A DNA stretch of 64,000 nucleotides from Phoronis australis. Its lineage: Eukaryota; Animalia; Phoronida. This document shows, in pieces, positions 48,579-63,500 of the stretch (position 1 is its first letter; the number at the start of each line of letters is the position of its first letter). The translations under genes and the position numbers were made by a program. A model generated the notes under the pieces. It saw only the letters and a program-made list of their open reading frames with translations. It was not told where the DNA came from and did not search any database. The stretch is from assembly GCA_002633005.1 (NCBI GenBank), contig NMRA01000003.1:1854727-1918726 (forward strand). Direction: 5' to 3'.

Positions 48579-51074
48579 GATGACGCTCTTCAAAAACAAC
48601 AAATCAAGTCACATTGAGGTAATGTTTGAAATATTAAAAAAGCATTCACCATGAAATATTTAAAAACGTCAGTAGTTTCAAGTACCATCAAACCCTGAAG
48701 GATGACCATTATAGTTTGTTAGCGATTGGCTCACTTCTGAGGTCATCGGGAGGTCGACCTCGATGTGATAAAAAATTTACATGCTATACATATGCTCATG
48801 CAGCAATATGATTTAAACAAAAAAAGTTCAGTTCACGACTTTGATGATGCAACCAATGACTATTCAGAAAAAACGTTGATTGGAAGAATACCTGTTGAAG
48901 GCGGAAAGATTTAAAGACTGCCTCCAAAAGGTGTCCATGTACACTACAAAGGTTCATATACTAACAGGACTTGGATAGTTTAGCCTGGGTTAAGTGGAAT
49001 TTGCAGAAAATCTTCTGGCATATAGGATGGATTAGGATGTGCCAAAACCGTGCTAAATTTTGTCAATGAAATTTCTGTTTATCAAAGCATACAGCCAAAT
49101 TGCATAGCATGCAGTCCAAAGCCCAATGTGTATTCAAAATACTGTTTCCTTGTGGAAGAACAGTTGAGTGAAGAATCGTTGAAGAAACAAATTGCTTAAC
49201 AGGCGAGGTGACGCTGAAAGCCAACGCCTAAGATCGCTCTACAACTTTAACAGCAGGATAACAGTAGAACTGCAATATTTTAGCACCAGTAACTAATTTA
49301 ATAACTCAAGGGAGAATGTAGTTTTTAATGACATTAACTTTTGTGTCAGATTTTTTTGTTCAGTTTTTACACACATCGGTGTAAACCTGTATAATTATTT
49401 ACATTCATACACTGCCAGCTAACTTGTAGGCAGTAGCACTTCCTAATATGTTACATACACCACAGGATTTTCTGAAAAATGATGATTTACCAAAGTCACC
49501 CTGCTTTAAATACCTTTTGAGCATAGAGGGCCTACCCATAGAGGACGTAGACGTATTTCACTATTTACTAAGTTTCAACTCAAACAAATACTCCGGCAAT
49601 GAATATTTTCTTCAGAATAGTACCTCATTCCATCAACAAAATTGAACACTGACCTCCAAATTACATTCATTGCTCTCATGGTCAATGTGAAACAACATAC
49701 AGAGGGTTATGGGAAGTCACCTTCCTGACGGTCATACCAAGAAGAAGCAGCACAGATGGTACACAGTACCACTATCTGAACATTACTCAGACAGTATGTA
49801 ATTACATTGACTGTGAATGCCTGTGCCTGCAAGCGATCGCCTACCCCCATAAACAGTTACTCATCTCAAAACAGAGTGAAAAACATCAAATGAAACATCC
49901 ATATACACATTAAATTATAATCAACACGTGTATACCATCACTCTGGAGACAATTTAGTCAATATAATTTGAACATATCCATGAAAATCTGTAGCAGTTCA
50001 CTCGAGCTTCCCCCATTCAGTGCCATTTTGTGGAAGTTGTGCAAAATCATGCCTGTTGATGAACAAATAGTCCAAGGGAAACAAATCTTTCGAATTCCAT
50101 CGAATATCTTCCCATGCTAATTATTGCAAGTGTCACACGCCAGGTCACGCGCTTCGCTCAGTCTTGCACTTGCTGTTGCCTAACTTGCATGATGTCAATT
50201 GAAATTTTTGCTCTATGGTTCTCGCACGCGGTTAAAAAGTTAACAGCAACTAAAAAAGGGTAGTTCGCCAAAGTCAGTCAGATAGACATGTTTCATTAAG
50301 ATTATTGTGTATAGAAACAGAAAAGAACATTGAAGAAAGTAAGTGCTTTTTAAGAGACAATTTTTGTAGTGAAATGTATTTTTAACGAGATGGAAACTAC
50401 TTATTTGGAGACTGTTTTTTGGTTACTGCTCGGGATAAGAAAAGAAAGAAACTGATGGAGAGTGTTGTAGCCTTTGTATTAGCCAGCTGATGGGCTACAT
50501 ATTGCCTACTTAGACAGCAGACATGTTTAGCTAGGTGGCTAACACGCATCTGTCTGGTCATTAGCTTTATAAGTTGATATAAGTTTCATGACTAAGTGAT
50601 GAGCAGAAGGGTAATAGTCGAACACATGGGTTCCCTGATTGATTTCAGAACCAGTTACTCCCACTGGCACTGAACAACGCCCGTTATTCAGTGGTAGTAA
50701 TTTGGTTACCAAATCAATTTTAAGTCAGGATCCCATCTATCCGATAATTATCAGCAGAACTAGTCATGCGGCGTTCTATATAAGATTTCCACACATCGAC
50801 TCCTAGCTGTATTTGAGCCTAGCAGCAGCTAACTCAGTAACTGATTCAGTGATTGGCGAATATGAATGAAGACCACGTTCACACCATTACCCTCAAACGG
50901 TTTTATATGCATTAACAAAAATATACTTCTCTGCAACAAAGATACCTTAAATAAACGTGGATCAAATCGTCTTAAAATTCAGAATTCTAGATCGTTCAAG
51001 AACAGTATCTGTCGACTTCAAAGTCATCCAGACAGCAGACCGCTTTCCATTTTAGTTTCAATATGGCGCCCTTG

Positions 51075-51088
51075 GTTGTCGCGGCAAC
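51075..51088. promoter_or_regulatory. RFX X-box in the DRC3/TOM1L2 divergent promoter
   Basis: GTTGTCGCGGCAAC fits the X-box pattern GTTNYY-NN-RGYAAC with a perfect GGCAAC half-site. It lies next to AATATGGCG (YY1-like) and ~130 nt upstream of a minus-strand donor AAG|GTATC at 50945, a probable non-coding first exon of DRC3. Confidence 0.6.
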
Positions 51089-51505
51089 GAGGTTACGATT
51101 TGTTATAAACACTTTAGTCAAAATAATGCACGTTAAAGCTACCTATAAATTTATGTTTATTAAATAAAACATTTGTCAATGATTTTCGACTTCTTGAATG
51201 AAGATCCATTCCAGTATAATTGTAACTGTATGACGTAATGTTTTCGACTATTTTTAGAACAAGAAAAATAGCATCAAGAAAACGTTATGTTCCTTGTACA
51301 TTTGAAACATTTTTGTAATGAAGCTTTTCTCTTTGAAAATTGATATTAATTTTTTTCAGATGAATACAAAAGTTTTTAGAAAGTAGTAGTGTTTACATTC
51401 GTTTTTTTGAACTTTAGGAAGCTAATCACGTTTTCGATGAAACGGAAAATTTAAACATCGGTGAACAATTTCATTTTCACATTTAAATATCCGGAAGAAA
51501 TAGAG

Positions 51506-54500
51506 ATGGCTTCGTTTTTCGGAACAAATCCCTTCAGTACCCCTGTGGGTCAGCGAATAGGTAAACTCGGTGATTTAATATAACTAACTCGAATATTTAG
51601 TGGCCTTTCATTTAAAACCTTTCATTTGATTTCGTGATGCGTCCATAGTTGACTTTACCTTATACAGTTTGCACCCATTTGTTGTGTCATTGTCGTGATT
51701 GACATTGCCACTTTCTTTCAACTTTGTCAGTTCGACAGTCAGTTGTAAGTTTTGGGTTTTTTACGTTTCAGGCACAGCAACCAGTATCTTAACCAAATTC
51801 CAAAAACAATTGCTCGGGTGTCCAGTGAATTAAGCACTTTTGAGTTGAATCTACAGCTAAAATTCTTTAAATGTTTTGTTTGGTCAGCCTGGGTCAGGTA
51901 GAGTCCTAGAACACTGAGTCTGAAGCCTGTGTCAGTGAGCAAGTGAGTGGTAGGCAATGCATCATCTGTGCCGTGGATGTTGTGGGCATACAGATGGTGA
52001 TTTTGTAATGGAACAGCTCAACCTATTTATTTTTTGAGTAATGAAATCAGCAATTTGAGTTGAAACAGTTACTGCTGTATAACATTGTTGACATATTGAC
52101 TTCCTGGTGTGACGTAGAGTCGTATAAAGCTTCTTTAAATTGCAAGCAACAATTGCCTCTTGACCAAATGGTTTGGATGCTCAGCTTTCATGCAGGCTCC
52201 CCCAGTTCAAGTGCCAGTGTTTTTTTTCTACATTGGCACCCAACAACAGTAGAATCCATGACTGAATGGGGTGTCATCACTCCTGTCGGGGCAATCCAGA
52301 GCCATGCTCCTACAACTCCAGTGGAGTACCAGACCAGAGACATGGCCGACCTGATTGGCCAGGCACCATGCTTGATCTGAAGAAGGGAGAGGAGTGTTGT
52401 GATACGACATTTTCTGGGTGTTATGTAGAGTTGTATAAACCCTCTCTAAATTATTTGCTAAGTGGCAATTGTCTTTTGGCTTGAATGGTTGGATACTTGG
52501 GTCTCACGTGGGAAACTCCGGTTCAAGTGTTATTCTCGAGGGATTTTTTTACAAAAATAGATTGGAAATATAGCCTTATTAGTGCCTTTGTAAGTGGCAT
52601 TGAGGTGTATTTACATGCTCCTAACTGTGCTAAGCTATACAACAACTAAACAGTTATTCTTTTTTCACATGTCTTAAGCTGACCAAGCTGCAGTTATAGA
52701 TATCCTGTAATCTGCAAGTGATTCTTTCTTGCACTGGTTACTGTATGAACCTCACGGGTGCACAAAACCCTCATCAGCAGTGTAATTACCAAGAACCATG
52801 TCACCGTGCTTGTCATATTTGAGTCAGTGATGTGCAGCTAATCATTTTCGCTACAAAACTTGTTCTTGGAAACATTATCAACTTACACGCCTCTTAATTT
52901 TCAAGTCTTTACTATGTGTTTTATTTCTAATTCATTTAGCCAAAGAAACACAGATAAGTCATAAGCATGTAAATTCTTTTTACCGTAAAATTCTTCAGTT
53001 TGGGGCAGTCTCAGAATTTCGGGTTAGATAAATTTAAAAGTGTAAATTGATTTTTTTAAATTTTATATCAACAATTTTGACGCTCATCATATTTCTCAAA
53101 TATCAGACACTGAGTTTTGTATCAACATGGTCTGATGATAAGACTTGTCAGCTCTTAAAATCGGCAAAAATTGCTACCAGTAAAAACGTTTTCGTGCTTC
53201 CCTATGGTTTATAATTTCAAGGTTGTTTGCCATTGATCTGAATTTTTGAATTTTGATTGTCAGTATTGTCTATTTTTATTTTGCTACAATACCTGATTTT
53301 GACCTAAACCGGAGAATTTTTACTGTTAATCAACTCAGGCAAAGAGCAAGTCAATTAAGCTCACTTTATGCTACTATGATGTCACTAACTCTGACATTAC
53401 TGCCATTCTAAAACTACAAATATGCCGCTTCTCAAACTGAGAACCCTTTTTGGAAGGAACTATTTAACTTTCTGTATGATTTTTCTAATATAATAGGTCA
53501 GGAGGAAATACCATATTAGCCAATTTGGTATAACACTAATGTATTGATTGGTGGAAAAACTGTTCTTTGGAGAAGATTAGAAAAGGGTGTTTATTATATC
53601 TCAGACCTACTAGATGAGCATGGATATTTATCTTTTGAAGATTTTTGCAAAAAGTTCAATTTTAGACCAATGTTTTTGTTCAGAATTTTTATGGGCTCAA
53701 AGAGGCTGTTTTTCAAAAATGGAAAATCTCAAAAAGAGACAAGTTTTCCTTCTATGCACCCTTCATCCCAATTTTTGTGAAATTATTACTTGCAGACAAA
53801 AAGGGCACAAAACATATATATATACAACATTTTTGTGCTAAACAAATATTCTAGGCCTAGGTCTGAGATGAGGTGGCAGGCAGAACTTGGTATACCAGAC
53901 ACTAGTGAATGGTGGAAAAATGCCTACTTTGTGAACTTTACACTTGATGTGAAACTTCATTGGTTTCAATTTTGACTGTCACATAGGATAATCAGCTGTA
54001 ACTCTTTATCTTGTCAAAATTGGGATCAGTAACTCCCCCTTGTTTACGTTTTGTAAGAGTGAACCTGAGACTTTGCTTCACTTATACTGGCAATGTGATG
54101 TTGTTCAAAATTATTGGAACAATGTTGAAGATTGGGTTAAAAAAATATTTCCCTGGGTACAGATGTACTTACAGTCTTCTTTGGAAACAGATGTAGAAGG
54201 CAGCAAATTCAAAATTTAATCTTGTGTCTTTGCAAGTTCCATTTATATAAGCAACTTCTCAATGGTAAACCTCCAAACTTAATTATTTTAAAAAAAGAAA
54301 TTAAGAGTTATTACTCCTGTGAAAAATATATTTATTCAAAAATTTACAAATGAAAAAATTTACAAACAGGTGGTCACAAATGCATAATTTAATAGCAATG
54401 TAAGGATATTTTATCACTCCAAAATACTATCTCCCCTTTTCAGAGCCATTTACTACTACACTGTCTTGTATGTTTTTTTTTTCTTTAAATGTATTTCTAA

Positions 54501-57500
54501 AATCCAGTTTAAGTATACATTTAACTTAGTAAACTTTAATTTCATTGAATTGTAAAGTAAGGCATGGGAAGCCCAGACCTTTGTCCTTACTTATGTTGAA
54601 CTTGGAGAATAAAAAAATTAAAAACTACATTGTGTGTTTCTCAACATTAATATTTGACAAAAAATAAGGAGAAAATCAATGCAGCAGATTGGTTTGTATT
54701 TTTCATAAATCCCTTTGTACTCTAAAGAAATATGCATGTAAGACCATGGAGGCAAAGTATACATTACTGATGAGGAATTAAAATGAATCATGGGAGTCTC
54801 CATGGCTTCCCTTGACAAGTTGGACTGTGGTTTTAATTGAGAATTTCACCTTTGACTTGACATGAGTGTGTTGGCTGATATTAAAAGTGTTATCGGTGTA
54901 GTACCTGTAAGAGTGAACTCGAGCTGTCGAGAAGTCCTATGTTGTGTAGAAGTCTCATGTTGATCGAAAAACAAATGCTACCTCTAGCATGTAAGCGTGC
55001 AAACATACCAGCTAGAAAGCTTTATAACAGAGTAACATACCTGTAAAATTTCATTTTGTCGAATGATACCTTATTGCACTAGACAGGTACTGTGGAATTG
55101 TTACTGATCATTTTGTTCATTAACTCGAATGTCTGTCTCCATTAGTGATCATGTTAATATTCATCAATTTTAACTTCCAGCATTGATATTATTCATTTTG
55201 TTCACTAAGTGTTACCCCAACATTGATATCATTCATTTTGTTCATTAACTGTTACCCCCATTTCTGATAATGTTCATTAACTCTCATTCAAAACATGTTG
55301 TTGCTTACAGAACAAGCCACAGCTCCAGACATGGCCTCTGAAAACTGGGCTGTCAATATGGAGATTTGTGACATCATCAATGAAACAGACGAGGGGTAAA
55401 TTATATGCTGCTTAACGTTTAGGATTTCTTGTGAATTTTTTTGCCTCAACAATGTTTGAAGATTGGGTTGAGTGCATAGAAATTTATTTGAGTACGCTTA
55501 ACAGTTTTTCTGTTTTCATTTCATAATCACTTCAGTTCCAGGTATCTGTTCATATATCGCTGTTGTGTAGCAATTCATAAATATTTTAGTAATTGAATGT
55601 AAGACTTGAAAGAATACTTGCGACTTGTAATTCTGTGTTAAAGCTGAATGGAAGTGTTCCTAAAATAAATGTGTCGGATATTTTTATAGCTGTCGAAGTT
55701 TGATGAGTCGACCTTGTTAATTTTAGCCCTAAAGATGCCATAAGGGCTATAAGAAAGAAGTTGACAGTGAACGCAGGGAAGAATTACACAGTGATTATGT
55801 ACACATTAACAGTGAGTTCTTCTCAGTTTGTAGTTGATGTTACTTGTGCACAAGTAGTCTTAAAGCAAACTGGATTGTTTCACATGTTTAGTGCAAAATT
55901 GTCAGGAATTTTCTGAAGACAATGCCAACTGAAATCACAATCCTTGTTATCATTTACTAGCTGGCGTCGGATCAAATCAGACATCTGGTCTGCTGTCTAA
56001 AAACAGGTCCATGTTAACTAACACTGTTTTCATCATTCATCTCCATATCAGATGGTATACTTGTAGTCATAGACTGAGAAGTCTACGTTCCAGTGATGTG
56101 ATTAGTTTTAGACTCATTCGGGTCGTGGCCATTGCCCGTTAATATTATGCTAATTTTATGTGAGATGACTGATATGACACCTGTGTGAACACATGCTTTA
56201 AGCAGCTGACCTAACCTCTGTTCAGATATCCCATTGGCCTTCTCATAAAATTTCCATTTATGAACACAGGCATTTTTATTGTCAGAAATTTTTCACCCTA
56301 CTGGTTTGACTTAGTTTTGCTCCATGGTCCTGGTAGTTGAAATTCTGACAGATGCAGACGTATTAGTGGGAAACTTTGTAAATTATAAGTAATTGGAAGT
56401 ACGGAATGTGATTATTTTTGCATCGTGGGATTTCTTGTATTTTAAGTAAATGCATTGGTTCAAGTTGTGTTTCTGTTAATCATGTTCAGTTTACTCCAAC
56501 GATGTTCAAGTTTGTTCTTTTGATTTAGGTTTTGGAGACGTGCGTGAAGAATTGTGGGCGACGCTTTCACATGCAGGTGGCAACCAAGGATTTCATGGGA
56601 GAACTGATCAAAATCATTGGTCCTAAGTACGACCCACCTACCGTCGTACAGGAGAAGATTCTGAGTATGATACAGGTGAGGTCTACTGTTGTGTTGCATT
56701 CTCGGTCTTGTGTCAAAAACTTGGTATAAATGTTTTATTGTTGGCGTGATGTTAGCACCACTGCTTAACAGTTATGTGATATTTGCAGATGTGATGTTAT
56801 TGTTCCTATAAGTCGTAAACTTTCGTGAAACACCACATTATTGCTAAAGTCGTACTTGAGTGCCTTTCTGTATAATGATTGTTGTAGGCCAGGCAGTTGC
56901 ACAGTCAGTTTCTTTATCTAACAATTTATATTGGTTGTGATACGTTCCAATGTAATTGGCATTCATTTTGTAAGACTACATGGTCAAACTTTCATGCTCA
57001 GGAACACACGTTCATGTTCTTGTTTTGTTGAGAAATTACTTGAGAATACTGCTGTGCTTCAGTTTGATGGCATTGATCATTATCTTCTGTGTTGTTTTAC
57101 TTTTCCAGACGTGGGCTGATGCATTCAGGGGTAACGCTGACCTGCGAGAAGTTGAGAGATGCTACCAGGATTTGAAGGCCAAGGGCATTGAATTCCCAAT
57201 GACAGATTTGGACAGCTTAGCACCAATTCACACCCCAGCAAGAGTGAGTGCTTCAAATTATCTCTTAGTTTTTTGTGAGACTGGGACTCCTTAGGAGAAA
57301 GTTAACAATTTGGATTTCGTTTTCACAAAATATACAAAACACCCAAAGTCACTCATTGTGTTTGCTCAGTGCAATAGACAACAGACAGTGGACACTATCC
57401 TGTAACTTCACTAATTCTGCATGCTGGGTAAGTTGCTGCCACAGGAACACTTATTATATATCTAGATAACCAGGTGATTTGTATTTTAGTTAGAATAAAA

Positions 57501-60500
57501 TAGAAAATATTTTGGAAGTTAAGATGAAATTCATCATCACTCAGTACCTTTCTGGTGAAGCCATTTTAATGAACATTTCGAATTTTGCTTATTGTTCAAG
57601 TGTTTACTTGCAGACCAGTGGGCAAGAGCCAGAACCCACTGTACAAAGTCAGAGACCGCCTCAAAGAGTCCGGTCTTCCCGTGCCGTAAGTACTCTTATA
57701 ATAATACTGTGCATGGTATGAACTACTCGCATTTTAATCTCTAGGCTACGTCTCACTTTCTGTTGCATTGAACTGATTGACAAGCTTGTGTAATACAAAG
57801 CTACAATTGCATTCCTATCAAGTTTACTAGTTTTAGAAGCTTGTGCTGTCATGTGAAAGGCTTAGTATTAAGGCACAGAGTAGACTGCTTTACATCTTGC
57901 ATTTATCATCAACTTGTATAGTCAACAAATATCTTCCTGATATAGATACATTATAGCTGTGATGGTGCTGCACTTCAGCCCAAAATTTTGTCCCGCATTA
58001 GGTTTGCTCATGTTTCAGTGTAGGTCTCAAACCATGCAATTTGCCTTGGCTTATACCGTGACCTGAGAGTCACCAGTATATGGCATGTTGCTGTGGCGTG
58101 CTGCTCTGCCATGCTCTCACGGCTCACTGTTTGGATTGCAGGGTAGATATGCTAAACTGGAGGAGGATGAGGTGGGGTGCATGTACTCTGCCCTGTTTAC
58201 TTTCTGTGTTGTTGTTGATAAACGTCTACTATTATGTGTTCAGCATGCACACGTACTTGTACTAACTGACATAGTGGTATTATGTGTTAAACATGCCCAC
58301 CTACTTGTACTAACTGACATAGTGGTATTATATGTTCAGCACATACACTTTCTTGTACTAACTGTCATAGTGTCATTTTGTGTTCGGCACCTACCACCTC
58401 TGTATATGGTCTTCAATCACGGTTGAAAGGGGTGGTAGTTGCTTTGTTTGGCCTTAACTTTCCATCAACATAACAGTTCTTATGATTTTTTCTTCCCGTT
58501 TGCTCCTCGTCTTTGACAACTCTATCATCTGGTGCATGTTTCAATATTCACCAGTGTTTGTGCTCGGAAAACCCATGTCACTCCTCATTAACTCATTACG
58601 TGCAACTTAAACACACTTGCTTGAAATTGCTTCTATTAATAAGTTGTCTTTTGAATTACGGTAAAATTTTTCTAGTTTGGGCAGTCTCTAAAATTCGGAC
58701 CACCGAAATTAATTCTGAAATTGATTTTTGCGCTTGCCATATTTCTCAAATATCGGACTCTGTGCTTTGTATCAACAGAGTCTGAAAATGACAGTTCATA
58801 ATATGTTTTCCGCCACAGAGTGAAGTTGATCGTTTTTGGAATCTGTAGAAATATCGCTGTTTTACAATGACATCTTGTGGGTTACTTGGTTCACTGGCTG
58901 CGATGTTCCTGTCTGGTGGCATGTTACAAAGTATAACAACAAAATGAAACATGTGCAGCTGGTACCCACAGCATAAATTCCAAATTTCCCAGGTTGGATA
59001 ATTTTTCTGTCTTGTGGTTCTTGAATTTGAGACAGCCAATATTGCCTATTTCTAAAATTTGGTACATGCTCCAACCTTGATCAGAATGATTAATATTTCA
59101 GTTTCCCAAAGTGGAAAATTTTTACCATAATCAGTATAGCCTTGCTCACAAAACATTACAATAGACTCTTTTGTTAGTATCTATGATATTCATCCGTTGG
59201 TTTGGTTGAGATTTTTATTTCCTTCTTTGGAACAACAACTTCCTGAAAGAAAGATGGCAAGCATGTTTTCAGGACTGAATAATTTATGCTTAAGTGTGAG
59301 AGATACAGCATTTGATGAATCTTATTCACAGTATTTATTATTTATCATATTGCTGAGTTCACGCATGCAACTAATGACATTTGTTTTCGTGAAGGTTTGC
59401 GTCGTGAACCGTTTCTGTATTTTGACCTCTCGGTGTATGTCATTAACTGTGCATCAAGGTAATCACAAGTAATTCTGGCTCAACTTGAGAACCATTGATG
59501 TTATAAAGTAAATACATCGAGTCCAGTTTCTTGCAATTTGTTTGAATTGTTATCATGTTGGTCCCCATGTTCTAGATGCAGTTGCTAACTTCTCTCGCCA
59601 TCAGATAGTTACGAAACCTTGAAAATACCATCACAAGTGTCTATTAAACTGCTCTCTTCAGTCTATGACATTTAACGAATGGATATTTGTGAACTTCAGC
59701 CAGGACAGCAGATGGCACCACCACAGCCTCAGATGGCTGCGCCACCTGTACAACAGCATGTGATCACTGGACCTGTCAATCCAACACCTGAACAGTTAGC
59801 CAAGTTGCGAAGTGAGTTGGACATTGTGATGGGCAATATCCGTGTGTTTGGAGAAATGCTGACAGAGATGACGCCAGGCCAGGAGAACCGGGAGGACCTG
59901 GAATTGTTACAGGTATTAAGACTAGTCATTAAGTCAAATTCAGATATACTTGTTTTTGTGTGATAGGTTTTCACATTGAATTGATGATTTATTCTATAGT
60001 GAGTAAATTGTGCACCATTCAGCATCTACTTAAGTTGAAAATTCCCTAGTTTACAATCAGTGATAAAAACTGCAGTGTTTCATTGTTTAATGAGACTTGC
60101 TTGTGATAGTGAATTGAGTTTGCCAGATGAATTTTGACAGCTCAGTTCCTCGGGTGGGTAGTGACCTTCAGTTGGCTCTGTAGTCATGGCAGGCTTTCAA
60201 AGTTCTTCCAAGCTTTTTTTTAGAATTTTCATGAATGGCAATTACATTTTGTATCTGCAAGTGCTTTCTGTATGCATTTTCTGTGGCTTGTTAATTTAAG
60301 ATTTTGGATTTAATTTCCTGTACATAGCTGTTTGTTAATTATAATGATGTCATTAACAGTAATAATGGATAATAATATTAGAAGTAGTCTTGATAATAGT
60401 TTTGCTAAAACTGACTCTTTTCTTTATCTTTTTTATTAGGAATTGAATCGCACCTGTCGAGCAATGCAACAACGAATACAGGGTCTTCTCAGCCAAGTGA

Positions 60501-63500
60501 CCAATGAGGAAGTTCTGGGTACTTCTTTAATGCTTTACACACTAAATTTTGTGGTTTATATTCATAATTTTCTCTTCGTTGTGCCACATTTTTTGCCTTG
60601 GCTAAAACTGAAGTTGTGGTGGTCACATTGCAGTGTAAAAATATCTCTACTGCTTACTTTGCGGCCCAACTCTTGACAGCATTTTTATGTCGAACGAATA
60701 CAGTACTTGCCTTTTTAGACTTCCTGCTATAATATTTGTAGTAAATTTTGTTTTATTAAGTCAATTAATGATGACTAGAAAAAAGTTTTACATTCCTTTA
60801 GCACAGACCATTTCTAATGCACTGTTTTATTTTTATTACAGAAGAGTTGCTGCGTGTGAATGATGACCTAAATAATACCTTTGTGAGGTATGATCGTTTT
60901 GAAAGGTATCGAACAAGCCAGCAGAGCACTCCGGAGACAGCAGCACCACCAGCAGTGGCTGGCCCGCCACCATCCTACCAAGACTCTGCAGTAGCACCCT
61001 CTATCCCGCCACCTGCTGCAGTAGTTCCCTCTATACCGCCACCAGCTGGCAAGGTGAGTTCAATTAAGTGACTGACTACTTGGTAACTGATGACAATGAT
61101 CATGTGCAAAACAAACCTTTTCCAATTGCTTTTCTGACCTGATATTTGTATATTTTCTCCTATCAGGTCAAAGAAGTATAGCTTGTTGTTCTGGTCTGTT
61201 TTTTCGAAAATATGAGCCAGTGGTGTGGTATTTCTATGCACCCATATATGTATGTGAGGGTGCATATTGCCATCGTCTCTGTCTGGACATCCACTTCTGT
61301 ATCTCCTAAACCTCTTGCAGGAATAATGAGATGATGAGTTTCGAACCAATCTGACTCCCATTATGCCCCTAGTAGCAATTGTAGTTTTTGTGTCCCCACA
61401 TTTTTATATGTGGGCGCATTATGCTGTCATTCATGTCCATCCATCCATCCAGCGTCCATCTGGCGTCAGATGCTCTATCTCCAACATACTTTGATATATG
61501 TTTTTGAAATTTTGACCATTTGTTCCTCTCATGAATGGGACAACATGAGCGAATTTTCGAACGAATCCTACTACCAATGTGCCCCCTAGTGGCAATTTTA
61601 GTTGACCTCTGTATCTTCAAAGGTCCTCAACGGATTTTTATTAAATTTGCAAATAGGTATCTGTTAGTGACACTACTTTCTTGTTTTCAGATGGATTTGA
61701 GGTATTTTGCACCACCTAGGGGCCATTTTTACTGTTTTTGAGTCTGTTTTTGCCGTCTGCCCTTCTGTCAACCAAACCACTCTGAGGATGATTGTGAAAA
61801 CTGACATGTGTTCTTACTGCGAAGAGGATGGCTGACCATGATTTTCTGACAACTTCAATTACTGTGGCTCCTCCTAGTGCCAGCTTTGTTTTTTTTTGCG
61901 CCCATGGCCGTATCTTTTAAACCTTCTGCAGGATCTATGTTGAACTTGGCAAGTGTATTTATATGAAGTTGACAATGGGTGACGTCGTCTTTTGGACAGA
62001 TCCAACGAATGCTGTGCCTCCTAGTGAAAATTTCATTTTTTCTGTTTTCTTCCGTTTCTTTGTAGTTCCTTGACGGAATTTTATGAAATTTGTTAAATAG
62101 CTGTCTATTAAAGAAACAATGAATGGTCCCATTTTTGAATGGATTCAATGTATTCTGCATCATCTAGCAACCATTATCATGTTTTCCAGTCTGTTTTTGA
62201 CGTCCACTCCTGTATCAACCAAACCACTCTAAGGATGATTTTGAAACTTAGCGTTTATGTTTCTACTGAGAAGACGACATCTGATGATGATTTTCAGATG
62301 ACTCAGACTATAAGGATGCATATGAAAATTGGCTTGTGTGTTTCTAGTGTAAAGAAGACAGCTGGTGATGATTTTCAGACGATTCGAACTATTGTGGCAC
62401 CTCCTAGTGGCATTTTTTTGCATCAATGAGTGTATCTCCCAAACCATATGCAGGATTGTTCTTAAATTTGGCAAGTGTATTGATATGCAGCTGACAATGG
62501 ACATTGACATTTGGACGGATCTGACTACAGCTGTGCCCCCTCTAGTGTCAATTTTTTTCATCGTTTTCTGTATCTTTGAAATTAGCTGAAGTTGTTTCTT
62601 TATTTGCCGGTGGGTGCAGGCCTAAAAATGAGTCAGGATATAAACCTGAACAAACATTGCTTTTTTGATTTAATCTAATTTCCAGCTTTCCTAGTTATTC
62701 TAAAATTGTCTGCATTGAATTACTCGTTGGTCTTTTTTTTCCCTGTGTAAAATGGGAAATACTGATTTTGAAAAGTGCTGCACTCTCTCAACAGACGCAG
62801 CCACCCGACACTGCTCGCTTGATTTCGTTTGGGGATGAGTCTGACCAGTTGCCACCAGCAGTGCCCCCTAGAGTTAACAACGACCCTTTTGACACCAGCA
62901 ACATTCAGGCTAGAGTAGCTGGACTGAGTAAGTATAGCCTTAGGATTGTACTGTGTATTGTCACTATTTACTGCCAAATTTATTATTAAGTCATGTCACT
63001 TACTGTAAGAATTTTATACTTTATATCTTACTATTTGATTTCATGTTGTATTGTCAGATATTAATAAGTTAATGTTGATTTTTGTTCTTGATAATATACA
63101 CTGATGTCACTCTCTTGCGGAACACGTCATTAAAATATTTCAATTTGTGACATTTTTCATCCGAATTGTTATCCAGAATTTCTGAATACATTTCAATGAG
63201 CTAACAATTGTGTTGCTTTCAGATGTCAGTTCTACAGGCACCAGTGATGCTGTGTTACAAAATGATGAGTTTGACATGTTTGCCCAGTCAAGGCAGTCAT
63301 TTGATCAAAATAAACAGCAACATGCACAGTGAGTAAACAGTAATTTATGTCACTTGTCTTAAAGACTGAAGCTGGGTATCTAAACCAATTGGAAAAGCTT
63401 TTCTTCTCAGACTGTCTCGATATCACAAAGTTTACACTGGTTCTGATGTGTCCTTCTACAGTTTGCATAATTTGAATTGCTTTTACCAAGAGTTGTTACA

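Noticed and set aside
52155-52220. Functional tRNA gene
   Set aside because: A- and B-box-like motifs are present, but the acceptor and T stems do not pair; treated as SINE-like decay.
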